A stretch of DNA of 64,000 nt from positions 229,154,001 through 229,218,000 of the forward strand of contig NC_086097.1 of assembly GCF_963921235.1 (NCBI RefSeq). The letters run 5' to 3'. Below the pieces are notes generated by a model. The model had not been told where the DNA came from and ran no database searches. It saw nothing but the letters and a program-made list of their open reading frames with translations. Each line of letters starts with the position of its first letter. Within the stretch, counting starts at the first letter, position 1. The position numbers and the translations under genes were made by a program. Positions 1-11,879 of the stretch are shown in pieces. The DNA is from Mobula hypostoma (lineage: Eukaryota).

Positions 1-883
1 GATACCTTGCATGAATAGCCCTCTTCAGGTCATGTCACAGCATCTCAATTGGATTAAAGTCTGGACTCTGACTTGGCCATTCCAAATCATATTTTTCAGA
101 TCATTGTCTTGTTGCATCTTCCAACTTCTACTAAGCTTCAGGTGACAGACTACTACCCTGACATTCTCCTGCAAGATGTGTCGATACAATTTTGAATTCA
201 TTGTTCCCTCAACAATTGCAAGCTGTCCAAGCCCTGAGGTCCCAAACCATGATGCCCCTTCCACCATGCTTTTGGTACTGGTGTGCAGTGTCTTTTTCCC
301 TCCAAACATAGCAGTGCACATTTCTGCCAAAAAGTTTAACTTTTTTCTCAGCTGCCCATAGAACATTGATCTTTGCAGGACACTCACTCCTAAGTAGAGT
401 AATAACAGTATTGAATTTCCTCCATTTGCAGACAATTTCTCTTACTGTGGACTGAAGAGCATTCAGGTATTTAGAAGTGCTTTTGTAGCCTTTTCCAGCT
501 TCATGCATCTCTACATTTCTTCTAAGGTCCTCTGAAAGTTGTTTTGATCGATGGATGGTGCACATAAACAGACCTTTCTTGAGAAGAGCCGGCTGTCAGG
601 AACATGTTTTTTTTTTAAATTTTGGGCCGGGCACCTTTATAACCCACCCCTCCAATCTCATCTCATTGATTGGAACATCTGACTCCAAATAGCTTTTGTA
701 GAAGGCATTACCCCCAGAGGTTCATACACTCTTTTTGAACCTAGACTGTGATTGTTAAAATGGTGTACTCAGTATTGACAAGAAGTAGTACAATTGTTTG
801 TGCATTATAAGTTTAGGCAGATTGCATTTGTCTATTATTGTGACTTAGAAGATCAGACCACATTTTGAGTAATTAATTCAGAA

Positions 884-2046
884 GGAGCAGCTTAGGAGGG
901 TTAATGCTGCTAACGGCAACTCCTTTGCTTGCATCTTTGGAAACAGCTCTATTTCCATCTTTCATATCTCTTTTTCCCTTTCAGGGTTCTTTTGAAGACC
1001 CTGACCTGGAGTTACACACTGACTACAGTTTGCTTTCAGGGTTTCACAACTGGCTGTTGTTCGGCACACCAAAGACTCAGCCTGAGAGCTCCGCTCGCCT
1101 TCAAATACTGGGTGAACAATGTAGTCTTTGGAGTACTGCAAGCCTGTACTTTTGCTGTTGCCTTGCTCACGCTTGAGTGCTCAGTGGCGGGTGCCGATGC
1201 TTTTTTTCCCCTGGTGGCGGGGGAGAGACGAAGGGGGATTGTTGCTTGCTGCCGCTTACACGCAGGAGAGAGGGAAGCTGGTGGGAGGAGGGTACTTTGG
1301 GGTTCTAACATTTAACTGTTGTTCATTCTTTGGGGGCACTCCTCTGTTTTCTGGATAGTTGCAAAGAAAAAACATTTCAGGATGTATGTGGGCTGATTGA
1401 TAAGTTTGTGGCCTAAGGTAGGAGGAGTCAATTTTAGAAAACCTAGCACATTTATTTTTCAACATAATCCCCTCCTACATGTACACACTTAGTCCAGTGG
1501 TCGTGGAGCATACAGATCCCTTCTTTGTAGAAGTGGTCTACAGCAGGGGTGATTGATAAGTTCGTGGCCTAAGGTAGAACGATGAGCTATTAACTATAAA
1601 CTTTCTGCATTATCACTCAAAGACTTGAACTGCACGTGCATGTAATGAGAGCGTCTTGGACCTCCAGGTGGTCCACAGCAGGGGTGATTGATAAGTTCGT
1701 GGCCTTGGGTAGAAGGAGATGAGTAATACAGCTCTTGTTACATGCACGTGCAGTTCAACTCTGAGTGAAAATACAGAAAGTTTTAAGTTAATAACTCATC
1801 TCCTTCTACCTTAGGCTACGAACTTATTAAGCACCCCTGCTGTGGACCACTTTCTAAAGGTCCAAGACACCGACTTCCACAAAGAAGGGATCTGTATGCT
1901 CCACAACCACTGGACTAAGTGTGTAAATGTAGGAAAATAAATGCACTAGGTTTTCTGAAATTGACTCCTTATACCTTGGGCCATGAACTTATCAATCACC
2001 CCTCAATATTGTATAACATTTCTCTGACAATAAATGCACTTTTGAA
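884..2046 (+). mobile_element. Non-coding retro-type repeat with an AATAAA-CTTTGAA tail, inserted in the Tc1 terminal repeat and itself split by a MITE
   Basis: Shares long blocks with 21836-22408 (CCCTTTCAGGG..TTTTGAAGACCCTGACCTGGAGTTACAC; GGGGTTCTAACATTTAACTG..CATTTCAGGATG). The tail resumes after the MITE as ATATTGTATAACATTTCTCTGACAATAAATGCACTTTGAA. Confidence 0.7.
1387..2005. mobile_element. Mariner-type MITE with long inverted repeats
   Basis: Left end TA|TGTGGGCTGATTGATAAGTTTGTGGCCTAAGG and right end CCTTGGGCCATGAACTTATCAATCACCCCTCA are reverse complements. The arms pair over most of the element and there is no coding capacity. Confidence 0.8.
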
Positions 2047-2804
2047 AACAGGCAATTGCAAAAGGTTCACAAACTTTTCCTTGCAACTGTACTTATGCTT
2101 ACCTCAGTCTATTGACATTTCCCCATTACTTAGAACCTTCTTTATCATTGTCAAATTAAGTCTATATATATTTATTTTAAAAACAAGGGGTTAGTTACCA
2201 AGCTTCCCCAGAACCAGCTACAAAGATATAGAGGTAGCAAGACACACCTGAGCACCTCATTTAGACAAGGAATATACTAAACTGCCTTGAAGGATTACTG
2301 TGTTTATTACTCATAACACCTTCATAGGAGAAATCCAAAATAAAGGGGCAAGTTCCAAGCAGTTTCCCTGTTTGATGCAGATATGGACAAATTTCTTGAG
2401 GGTCACAAATATTTAGAATCTTTACTGCAGAGTTATGGAAATTGAAGCATTACATAGTTGCTTGAACCTGGATGACTAATGTGAAGCATATGTTCATTCT
2501 CAGAGGGTTATAGGGAAACAGACAGAACATTGAAACAAGAGGCTCAGATGAGGTGAAGCACATTCAAGGGGCCAATTGGCCAACTCTTGCCTCTTAGTTC
2601 TAGCTCCATTGCACAACAGCCCACTAATTGACGTAGCCTTTGTCAACCATTAAGATTAGAATATGTGGCTATTTTGAATGAAATGGGAGTCCATGTCTAA
2701 AATGTACAATTTTATATGATGTTTTGTATTGTATCAAAATAAATAAGTGTAAAATCTTAACCAATGCTAGAAAGAAAATTTCACATTAAACACTTTTACT
2801 AATC

Positions 2805-2810
2805 TTTATT
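2805..2810 (-). promoter_or_regulatory. Putative polyadenylation signal of TPD52
   Basis: TTTATT on plus is AATAAA on minus, ~870 nt after the stop, followed by U/GU-rich GTGTTTAATGTGAAATTTTCTTT. Confidence 0.6.
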
Positions 2811-3677
2811 AAGTGTTGCTTCGTTACAGAGCACACCAAGATATTTGTGACTGTACAGTATTTTACCTAGCTTGAACAAAAAAATTACCATTTTACAATT
2901 TATAACACTGAACTTTTAACCTCAAGTATTTTCAAATATGCAGTAACATGACATCTTTAAATCAATGCCATTCATTCATTTGGTCTTTAACATTCAGACC
3001 CAAAACTGAATCTCAACTGTCAACATGCACTAAACTGAGAAACGTACATTTACTAAACACCTTCCTTCTACAAGAAAATACTTTGCCATGTATTAAACAT
3101 GAAACCAGCTGCACAGGATTTTAAAAATAGCCAGAAGATTTGCAGAATTCCATGTCCGAAGAGTGACACAATTGACTTCTAATTTTTGGTATTTTCCTAC
3201 AAATGTTTTACAATATTGAAATGGAACAAATAAGACCTTCCAGAAGCAAGAAAGATCTTCCAAATGTCTTTAATAGACAGTTAATATTAAAACACACACC
3301 ATCATGTTTAAGCTGAGCCATAATATGGGTTTGGTTATCAATTCGTACTGAAGATTTCAAAATAGTCCCCCACCCAGAAAAACAATTGCAATTTAATATT
3401 CCATACATCAAGATGGTTTCCTTGTGGTATTAAGTGAGACATGGCTTTGGAATGAATCACCATTCAAGTCTTAAGAATATTTCTATCAAAAAGTATTCCA
3501 TCTAAAACAAAAGAATTTTTGCAACTGGGGCAATTTTAAAGTGTAGTAACCTTGGGCCACACAGACCTTGTGAACCATTAAATACAAAATGCAATATTAT
3601 GAGACAAGGGCACAACTGGATGGAAGAATGTCATTATTTGCAACTAGTAAAAAAGGAGAGTTGGACTTAAAGCTGCA

Positions 3678-3800
3678 TTAACGAGGTTCTTGAACATCAG
3701 ACGCCTCTTCTGTGATGGGCTCTGTGGCACTTGCATTTGCTGCAGAGTTTAGAATATTCCCAAAGTCACCACCACCTTCCTTGTTGCCTGCAACCTTAGA
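3678..3800 (-). CDS. TPD52: TPD52 last coding exon (SKVAGNKEGGGDFGNILNSAANASATEPITEEASDVQEPR*)
   Basis: Acceptor TTTTTGTTTAG, 123 nt, phase 0, ends in TAA. Matches the TPD52 C-terminal GGDFG..LNSAANASA motif. Confidence 0.95.
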   Translation of the reverse strand, partial: SKVAGNKEGGGDFGNILNSAANASATEPITEEASDVQEPR

Positions 3801-4500
3801 CTAAACAAAAAAAGTCAAATTAACATGTTCATCCAAAATATTTAAGTACAATACAAAATGATACTGCTAAAATTCCTTGAAACAAGCTGAAAAGTCAATT
3901 GACTGATCTTCCAGCTAATTTTAAGAACAGAGAATGCAGGTATGTAATGCAGCAGAAATATGACTTCCTGAAAAATGAATTCCATAAGTAATTTTCCCCA
4001 CACCTCCACAAGGAATCATCATAGTTTCTTGCTACTATAAACACCAAGTTACAACTTCCAGTTAATGAAACTTTACATTTCCAATCAAGTAATAATGCTG
4101 TAGAACCACTTTGATTGTGAAATGATTGACTTGCGTGTAAAGCAGGACTACCAAATACTTTTTAAAAAAAACACGGATCATGTCCCTTCAGATTGGTTAA
4201 AAAAAAATAAATCAGAACAGGTACTGCAGTACTTTACATATTCAGGCAATATTGCTACCATACCACTAAAAACAATGTCAATGAAACACCTCCCTTTTAT
4301 CAATAATAGGAACATACAAGCTTTAGAAAGCGATGTTCAAACTCTTCGTGTTTATGTATTCATTCTCTAGTTTAGAAGGGGAAAATGCAAGACAGGCACT
4401 TCCAAATTCTAATCTCTTAAATCATTAGTTTAATAGTAGCTTCCTTCAACAATCTATTTCTTTATAAAGTTAATGTACTGTATTGCAACTTTTCACTTAC

Positions 4501-4549
4501 CTTTAAGTTTTCGACTCTATCTTCAAAGGATTTGAAGGTCGGTGAATTT
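4501..4549 (-). CDS. TPD52: TPD52 coding exon (R-NSPTFKSFEDRVENLK)
   Basis: Acceptor CTCCCTTGCAG, donor AAG|GTAAGT, 49 nt, phase 2 to 0. Contains the conserved D52-family NSPTFKSFE motif. Confidence 0.95.
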
Positions 4550-4717
4550 CTGCAAGGGAGAAGAAAGAATGCATTTAAACAAACTGAACTGGAGAAACAA
4601 CTACTTTTTACTGTCTTGGTTAATCCTCCCCAGGCCCCCTCACCCCAAACATTCCCTCTTCTCCCCTTTCTCATTAGGCAGAGGATACAAAAGTCTGCAA
4701 GCATGTACCAGCAAGCT

Positions 4718-4970
4718 TAAGGATAACTTCCATTCCACTCTTATAAAACTACTGTTGTAAGACTTTCCCCTCATACAATAAGATGAACTCTTGGCCTCAC
4801 AGTCAACTTCATTATGGGGCGCTGCATCCTGTCTGGCAGCACTGTACCTTGTGTAACTGCTACTTTGTTCTGTATTGTTATTGTGGTGATGTAATGAAAT
4901 GCATGTCTGGATAGCATGCAGTTTTTCCACTGTACTTTAGTACATGACCATATAAACTAAGTTACCAATT
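4718..4970 (+). mobile_element. Rex1/Babar-like LINE 3' fragment
   Basis: Decayed C-terminus of the DSFYP..IRLL type followed by a LINE-like 3' UTR ending TACATGACCATATAAAC. Confidence 0.5.
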
Positions 4971-5648
4971 TCTCACCATGGTTCAGCTAAAGCATTTTTA
5001 AACTTTAACAAAATGATACTCAGGTATTCACATTTTTCCCACAATCATTTCAAAACTTCTCAGATCATACAACACTTGCAGAAGGGTAATGAAATTATAT
5101 AAATGAGCTTTTTGCATTATAGGTATAGAAAACCATAATACAAAGACATGATCAATGCAGTTGCATGCACAAAATGTCCTAGCATCACTTACATTGAGAA
5201 ACTATTTTGAACCAGTATTACACTTAAAGTATTAATGGAAAGCACACTTTGTAAAAGTTCTTCCCTTGGATTTGCCACATCATATACTATTCCATCCTGG
5301 AAAATGGGTTACATTGCTTATGTTTAACAACGCAGCAACATAAACTGTTAAAGATACCCAAAGGTTGGGCTTAGTTCTCTTCTTCTCCTTATTCAGTTGT
5401 ACAAGACAGCTGGAGTTGTGTGCAAAGGTATCATTTAACTATTAGTATAAAAACTCGTTCCCTTTAAAACCATGCCATCTATATTCCTTATTTCCTCAAC
5501 AAAGACTGAAGATTTCATATCGAGCAATGAATGTTCAACTTTACAAACAAAACCGAGAACACTCAACGTCTGCTATCTAAAACATGCAAGACAAATTCAC
5601 ATGCATTGACTAAACAATGTTATTTTACAACAACTGAAAATACAGTAC

Positions 5649-5690
5649 CTCATAGCAGGCATGCTAATTGAGTGTCGTAGGGAGTGAATG
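5649..5690 (-). CDS. TPD52: TPD52 42-nt cassette exon (S-IHSLRHSISMPAM-R)
   Basis: Acceptor TGCTGACCGGTTAG, donor GAG|GTACTG, symmetric phase 2-2. HSISMPAMR is the known alternatively spliced D52-family insert. Confidence 0.92.
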
Positions 5691-5946
5691 CTAACCGGTC
5701 AGCATTAAGAAAACAGCAGAAAGTTAGTTTAAACTATTTAGTATTCCATGTATCACTTACATGGATTAATAGGAAGGAATTACGTTCTTGATACACCTTA
5801 GTTTTACATTTGACAATTGTTCATTTGATGCTCAGCAAATACCCCATGTTAAAAAATATCCAGTCATGCATATCTATCACTGTATTGTTTTACAATGCAA
5901 ACACATTTACTTCGTATTTCAATATTCAAAGATTATTCTTTCTTAC

Positions 5947-5973
5947 CTAAAAGAATGTGAAATAGCATGTAAT
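5947..5973 (-). CDS. TPD52: TPD52 27-nt microexon (R-LHAISHSF-S)
   Basis: Acceptor CCTGCAG, donor TAG|GTAAGA, symmetric phase 2-2. Resembles the mammalian TPD52 insert LQAFSHSFS. Confidence 0.88.
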   Translation of the reverse strand: MTCYFTFF

Positions 5974-6617
5974 CTGCAGGATGCCATTGTGAGATGGAGG
6001 GCATTAATAAGAAAATTGAACATAAAACAGATCACCACCACTGTAAGCTTCAGTATTTTTAAATATTTCAAACCTCTAACCTCAACATTAGCAACAGCCT
6101 AGTGTAATGTAGTAAGATATTTTTCAGAAGTAATTTATGGGATTTATCTGCAAACCATCATCAGCTCTTAACAGATATTAATCAGAAGGATGTACATATA
6201 TATTTATATAAATTTTTACATGAATTTGAACATTACATTAGTCATCAGAATGAAATAGAAGAAACCTGCCTTCCCCCCCCCCCCCCCCAGAAAAACAGAT
6301 CAGCAGTAAAGGTAACCAAGGAGAAAAATACCCTGCAAACTGAGGCAAGACCAGAAACTTTGTCACAGCTTTCCAAATTTAAAGTGGTAATATACTTTAA
6401 TTCAGAAATCAAAAACAATTAACTATTCATTAAATTACATCAAGATTCGGCTGTCATAGAGATTGAAGGTACAGGTGTTAGGGCCCATAACTTGAAAAAA
6501 AGGGCAAGTACATGCCATTAAAATGATAAACCTGAAAGAACAATGCAAAGAAAAAAATACATCTGATATTGATTTCCGCATCAGATATAGGCATTCACAG
6601 CTACACCAAATTCTGAT

Positions 6618-7300
6618 CTCAGAATTAGATTTAACATCTCTGGTACATGTCATGAAATTTGTTGTTTTGTGGCAGCAGTGCATTGTAATACATAATAAAA
6701 CTATAAATTACAATAAGTGTATATAAACAGAAATTTAAATTAGTGCAAAAAGGAAAAAAAGTACTGATGTAGTGTCCATGGGTTAATTGTCCATTCAGAA
6801 ATCTGATGGCGTAAGGGAAGCTGTTCCTGAAACATTAAGTGTGCATCTTTTGGCTCCTGTATCTCCTCCTTGACAGTAGCAATGAGAAGAGGGCATGTCC
6901 TGGGTGATGGGGGTCCTTAATGATGCTTTTTTGAGGTATTTCCTTAAGAAGGCATCCTCAATGCGGAGGCGGCTAGTGCCCATGATGGAACTGGCAGAGA
7001 TTACAACTTGCTGCAACATTTTCCTATTCTGTGCAGACTCCTCCATACCAGACAATGTTGCAACCAGTTAGAATGTTTTCCACAGTACATCCACAGAAAG
7101 TTACAAGCTCAAACTCCTACTGAAATATAGTGCTGTAATGCTTCTTTGTAACTGCAGCAATATATTGGGTCCTCAGAAATGTTGACACCCAAGAACTTGA
7201 GACTGCTCACCCTGTCCACTTCTGATGCCTCAATGAGGACTGCTGTGTTCCCTCAACTTCCCCTTCTGGAGGTCCACAACCTGTTCCTCAGTCTTCAAGA
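6618..7300 (-). mobile_element. Rex1/Babar-like LINE 3' fragment
   Basis: Minus strand encodes a decayed KFLGV..; KDPHHPGHALFSLL.S.RRYRS C-terminus followed by a 3' UTR tail. Confidence 0.7.
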
Positions 7301-8519
7301 TCCTCATGAATACTTGCAGTTTCCCCAAAAGTGGGAAACATGGGCCACAGACTAATGAGTTCTGGTTGCTTCAACTGCCACAGAATCACTCCCTAACCCT
7401 CAGTATTGAACCAGTTCTGAACGATATGCTGCTTGGCAAGAGAAAAAGAACCATGGAAAAATATTTGCTTGAAGTAGTCTTTGCTAATGTAATTGTTGCA
7501 GGCCTATTAATCTGTAAGAGTATTGATCATATTGTTCAAGAAAAAAGATCCAAATTCACATAACTTCATTTGTTATGTAGTATTGTTAGCTAAATGGTAT
7601 AGATTCAGAATAAATCCACCCAGTTCAAAGCCAGACACTGAGTCATTGCATGCCAGTAGCCAAAGAACCACAAGCAGCCATTAATTGTAACCTCATGGCC
7701 CACAATGTTCCTGACTTTTAACCTTAAGCCAGAACTCTAGCCTGGATCAATGGGAAGCATAGAACAGTAAGCCAGGCCCAACAGCGTTCTTAAAAAGAGG
7801 TACCAGCCCAATGAGCTAGAATGCAGGATTACATGCATGTGAAAGAGGCAGCATACCAGTCATATTAAAATAATCCATTAACCAATGGACAATCTTAAAG
7901 TTCTTCAGTCGAGTCATATTAGTGGGCAATTAAACAGACTAGTAAATCTTGCTCCTTAGAGGTGGAAGGACCATCTGAATGGTTCATTTTGAGTGGTCCA
8001 AGATTTCCAGTTTTTAACAGAAACCCACCCAATTCATTCCAAGAAGATGCATGATCCAACAAAGACACTGGTCCCTGATAACATTTTGTTGTAGACTTAA
8101 ACTGCAAAACTTGGTCCTACCTTCCAGCTACAATACTAAATGTCATTCCACAAATGAAAGTGATATGGTTTGTTCTGTCCACAAAAAATGAGCAAACCCA
8201 ATTCAGTTAATTACTGTAACATTGTGTTACTCTCAGTTAAGTAAAACATGCAATCATCAATAGTGCAAGTAATGCATCAATCTGATGACCCAAGAGCGCT
8301 CATCTCCAGAACATTATATTTTTGGTTCCAACATAGTCTTGGGAACCAAACTCCTTATGGAAACTGACCCTGCCATAGGCAGCATTAGACTTTGAGACAC
8401 TAAAGTATTCTGAATTTAACAACCATCTAATGAAAATTTCCACTGGCTGGATCCACCCTCACCATATCTTTCCGCTGTCTTAACAGAGATGAAGTTCTTC
8501 TTGTCCTCACCTGCCAGAA

Positions 8520-8625
8520 AAGGTTATGAGCCGAACACTGGCAAATGAGACTAGCTTGGTTGGGATATCTTGGTCAACATGAACCAGTTAGGCTGAAGGG
8601 CTTGTTTCATCGTGGTATCACTTAG
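8520..8625 (+). mobile_element. Short CR1 3' tail fragment
   Basis: GGTTATGAGCC..GACTAG..GGCTGAAGGGCTTGTTTC resembles the 3' ends of the CR1 copies elsewhere in the window. Confidence 0.5.
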
Positions 8626-9430
8626 AGTCCAACAATCTTTCACTGTTTGATCACACCTCCCTTTATCAAATGTGGGCATGGTCACCAATGATTACGTATT
8701 ATTCAATTCCATTCTCTTCATAGAATGTGCCCACTTGCAGCAAACTGGACAACAGTTTGAGCTGAATTTCCAGGTGACATCTGCATCACACTAATGTTGG
8801 AACAAAGTCAATAGGGTGTTGTTAAGCAACTCCATGGACCCAAATGGCATAATCATCACACCCTACCTTTCAATAAAAAGGGAGTCATTATTGACCATAA
8901 ATTTAACTGGATTTGCCATTAAAATAAGCTTAGATTTTCCCCCACAGCTGGCTTGCTCAACTCCAAAAGTTTCCTCCAAGTCAAAATAGTGATGAAGAGT
9001 GGTTTTTATTTGGCTGTTTGAGCATAGATTTACCACCCACATTCAACACAATCCTGAAGAAAGCATTCTATTAGTAAACAATTATTTGCATATTGTGGCT
9101 ATAGGGGGTCAATCAAGAAAATGCACCGCAGCAACTTGCTAGACTATTTTTACTTTCCAAATCTGTGACTTTCTACCAAGAATGAAAACCCATATACGGG
9201 GATGAGTATAATTGTTGCTTACAGTGGTCACTGTGTCAAATAGTGGAAAACACTTCCCAAAACCACAAAGAAATTAAATTAGACTGCGTGTATACAAATA
9301 AAGGTAATGAGTCATCGACAGCAATAAAGTCTAGGAAATTCTTATATCCTACGAACGAAAATTCAACATTATTTTGCTTCAGAAATGACACCGAAACTAC
9401 ACAGTACCAAATGCTTGATAAACCACCCTC

Positions 9431-11873
9431 AAAAAGTGTAATAATAGAGTTGTCGTGATGGGAGATTTTAATTTCCCAAATATTGATTGGCATCTCCCTA
9501 GAGCAAGGGGTTTAGATGGGGTGAGTTTGTTAGGTGTATTCAGGAAGGTTTCTTAACATAATATGTAGATAAGCCTACAAGAGGAGAGGCTGTACTTGAT
9601 TTGGTATTGGGAAATGAACCTGGTCAGGTGTCAGATCTCTCAGCTGGAGAGTATTTTGGAGTTAGTGATCATAATTCTATCTCCTTTACAATAACATTGG
9701 AGAGAGATAGGAACAGACAAGTTAGAAAAGTGCTTAATTGGAGTAAGAGGAATTATGAGGCAATCAGGCAGTAAATTGGAAGCTTAAGTTGGAAACACAT
9801 GTTCTCAGGGAAAAGTACAGAAGAAATGTAGTAAATGTTCGGGGGATATTTGTAGGGAGTTCTGCATAGGCATATTCCAATGAGACAGGGAAGTTATGGT
9901 AGGGTACAGGAACTGCGGTGTACAAAGGCTGTAATAAATCTAGTCAATAAGAAAAGCTTACAAAAGGTTCAGAGAGCTAGGTAATTTTAGAGATCTAGAA
10001 GATTATAAGGCAAATAGGAAGGAGCTTAAGAAGGAAATTAGGAGAGCCAGAAGGGGCCATGAGAAGGCCTTGGCGGGCAGGATTAAGGAAAATCCCAAGG
10101 CATTCTACAAGTATGTGAAAAGCAAAAGGATAAGACGTGAAACAATAGGACCTATCAAGTGTGACAGTGGGGAAGTGTGTATGGAACCGGAGGAAATAGC
10201 AGAGGTACTTAATGAATACCTTACTTCAGAATTCACTATGGAAAAGGATCTTGGTGATTGTAGTGATGACTTGCAGCAGACTGAAAAGCTTGAGCATGTA
10301 GATATTAAGAAAGAGGATGTGCTGGAGCTTTTGGAAAGCATCAAGTTGGATAAGTCTCCGAGACCAGATGAGATGTACCCCAGGCTACTGTGGGAGGTGA
10401 GGGAGGAGATTGCTGAGCCTCTGGTGATGATCTTTGCATCATCAATGGGGACGGGAAAGGTTCCGGAGGATTGGAGGGTTGCGGATGTTTTTCCTTTATT
10501 CAAGAAAGGTAGTAGAGATAGCCCAGGAAATTATAGACCAGTGAGTCTTACCTCAGTGGTTGGTAAGTTAATGGAGAAGATCCTGAGAGGCAAGATTTAT
10601 GAACATTTGGAGAGGTATAATATGATTAGGAATAGTCAGCGTGGCTTTGTCAAGGGCAGGTCATGCCTTAAGAGCCTCACTGAATTTTTTGAGGATGTGA
10701 CAAAATACATTGATGAAGGTAGAGCAGTAGATGTAGTGTATATGGATTTCAGCAAGGCATTTGATAAGGTACCCCATGCAAGGCTTATTGAGAAAGTAAG
10801 GAGGCATGGGATCCAAGGGGACATTGCTTTGTGGACCCAGAACTGGCTTGCCCACAGAAGGCAAAGAGTGGTTGTAGACGGGCCATATTCTGTATGGAGG
10901 TCGGTGACCAGTGGTGTGCCTCAGGGATCTATTCTGGGACCCTTACTCTTCGTGATTTTTATAAATGACTTGGATGAGGAAGTGGAGGGATGGGTTAGTA
11001 AGTTTGCTGATGACACAAAGGTTGGAGGCGTTGTGGATAGTGTGGAGGGCTGTCAGAGGTTACAGCGGGACATTGATAGGATGCAAAACTGGGATGAGAA
11101 GTGGCAGATGGAGTTCAACCCAGATAAGTGTGAAGTGGTTCATTTTGGTCGGTCAAATATGATGGCAGAATATAGTATTAATAGGAAGACTCCTGGCAGT
11201 GTGGAGGATCTGAGGGATCTTGGGGTCCGAGTCCATAGGGCACCCAAAACAGCTGCGCAGGTTGACTCTGTGGTTAAGAAGGTGTATGGTATATTGGCCT
11301 TCATCAGTCGTGGAATTGAATTTGAATTGAATTGAGAGGTAATGTTGCAGCTATATAGGACCCTGGCAGACCCCACTTGAAGTACAGTGCTCAGTTCTGG
11401 TTGTCTCACTACAGGAAGGATGTGGAAACCATAGAAAGGGTGCAGAGGAGATTTACAAGGATATTGCCTGGATTGGGAAGCATGCCTTATGAGAATAGGT
11501 TGAGTGAACTCGGCCTTTTCTTCTTGGAGTGATGAAGCATGAGAGGTGACCTGATAGAGATGTATAAGATGATGAGAGGCATTGATCGTGTGGATAGTCA
11601 GGGGCTTTTTCCCAGGGCTGAAATGGTTGCCACAAAAGGACATAGGTTTAAGGTGCCGGGGAGTAGGAACAGAGGAGATGTCAGGGGTAACTTTTTACTC
11701 AAGAGAGTGGTGAGTGCGTGGAATGGGCTGCTGGCAACGGTGGTAGAGGTACATGGAGCTTAGAAAATTAGAGGGCTATAGGTAAGCCTAGTAATTCCTA
11801 AGGTAGGGACATGTTCGGCACAACTTTGTGGGCCGAAGGGCCTGTATTGTGCTGTAGGTTTTCTATGTTTCTA
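9431..11873 (+). mobile_element. CR1 LINE, 5'-truncated (endonuclease C-half plus RT), disrupted
   Basis: GDFNFP endonuclease motif at the start. ORF 10070-11335 has NYRPVSLTS, DFSKAFDKV, GVPQGSILGP and KFADD. Ends in a (TTCTATGT)n tail. Confidence 0.95.
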
Positions 11874-11879
11874 AATAAA

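Larger units (their letters stand above)
1..2089 (-). mobile_element. Tc1-like DNA transposon fossil (5' part), interrupted by nested insertions at ~884-2046
   Basis: Minus-strand ORF pieces resemble a Tc1 paired-HTH N-terminus (SKQLSEDLRR..HEAGKGYK) and a DDE region (KHGGRGIMVW; EGTMNSKLYRHILQEN; WKMQQDND). The terminus reads CAGTTGCAAGGAAAAGTTTGTGAACC on minus from 2089, flanked by TA at 2090-2091. An inner direct repeat GGTTCATACACT lies near 719. Confidence 0.85.

Noticed and set aside
1387..2005. Recurring ~35-bp motif as a CRISPR array
   Set aside because: Copies occur in both orientations with irregular, mutually homologous spacers, there are no cas genes, and the structure fits a MITE.
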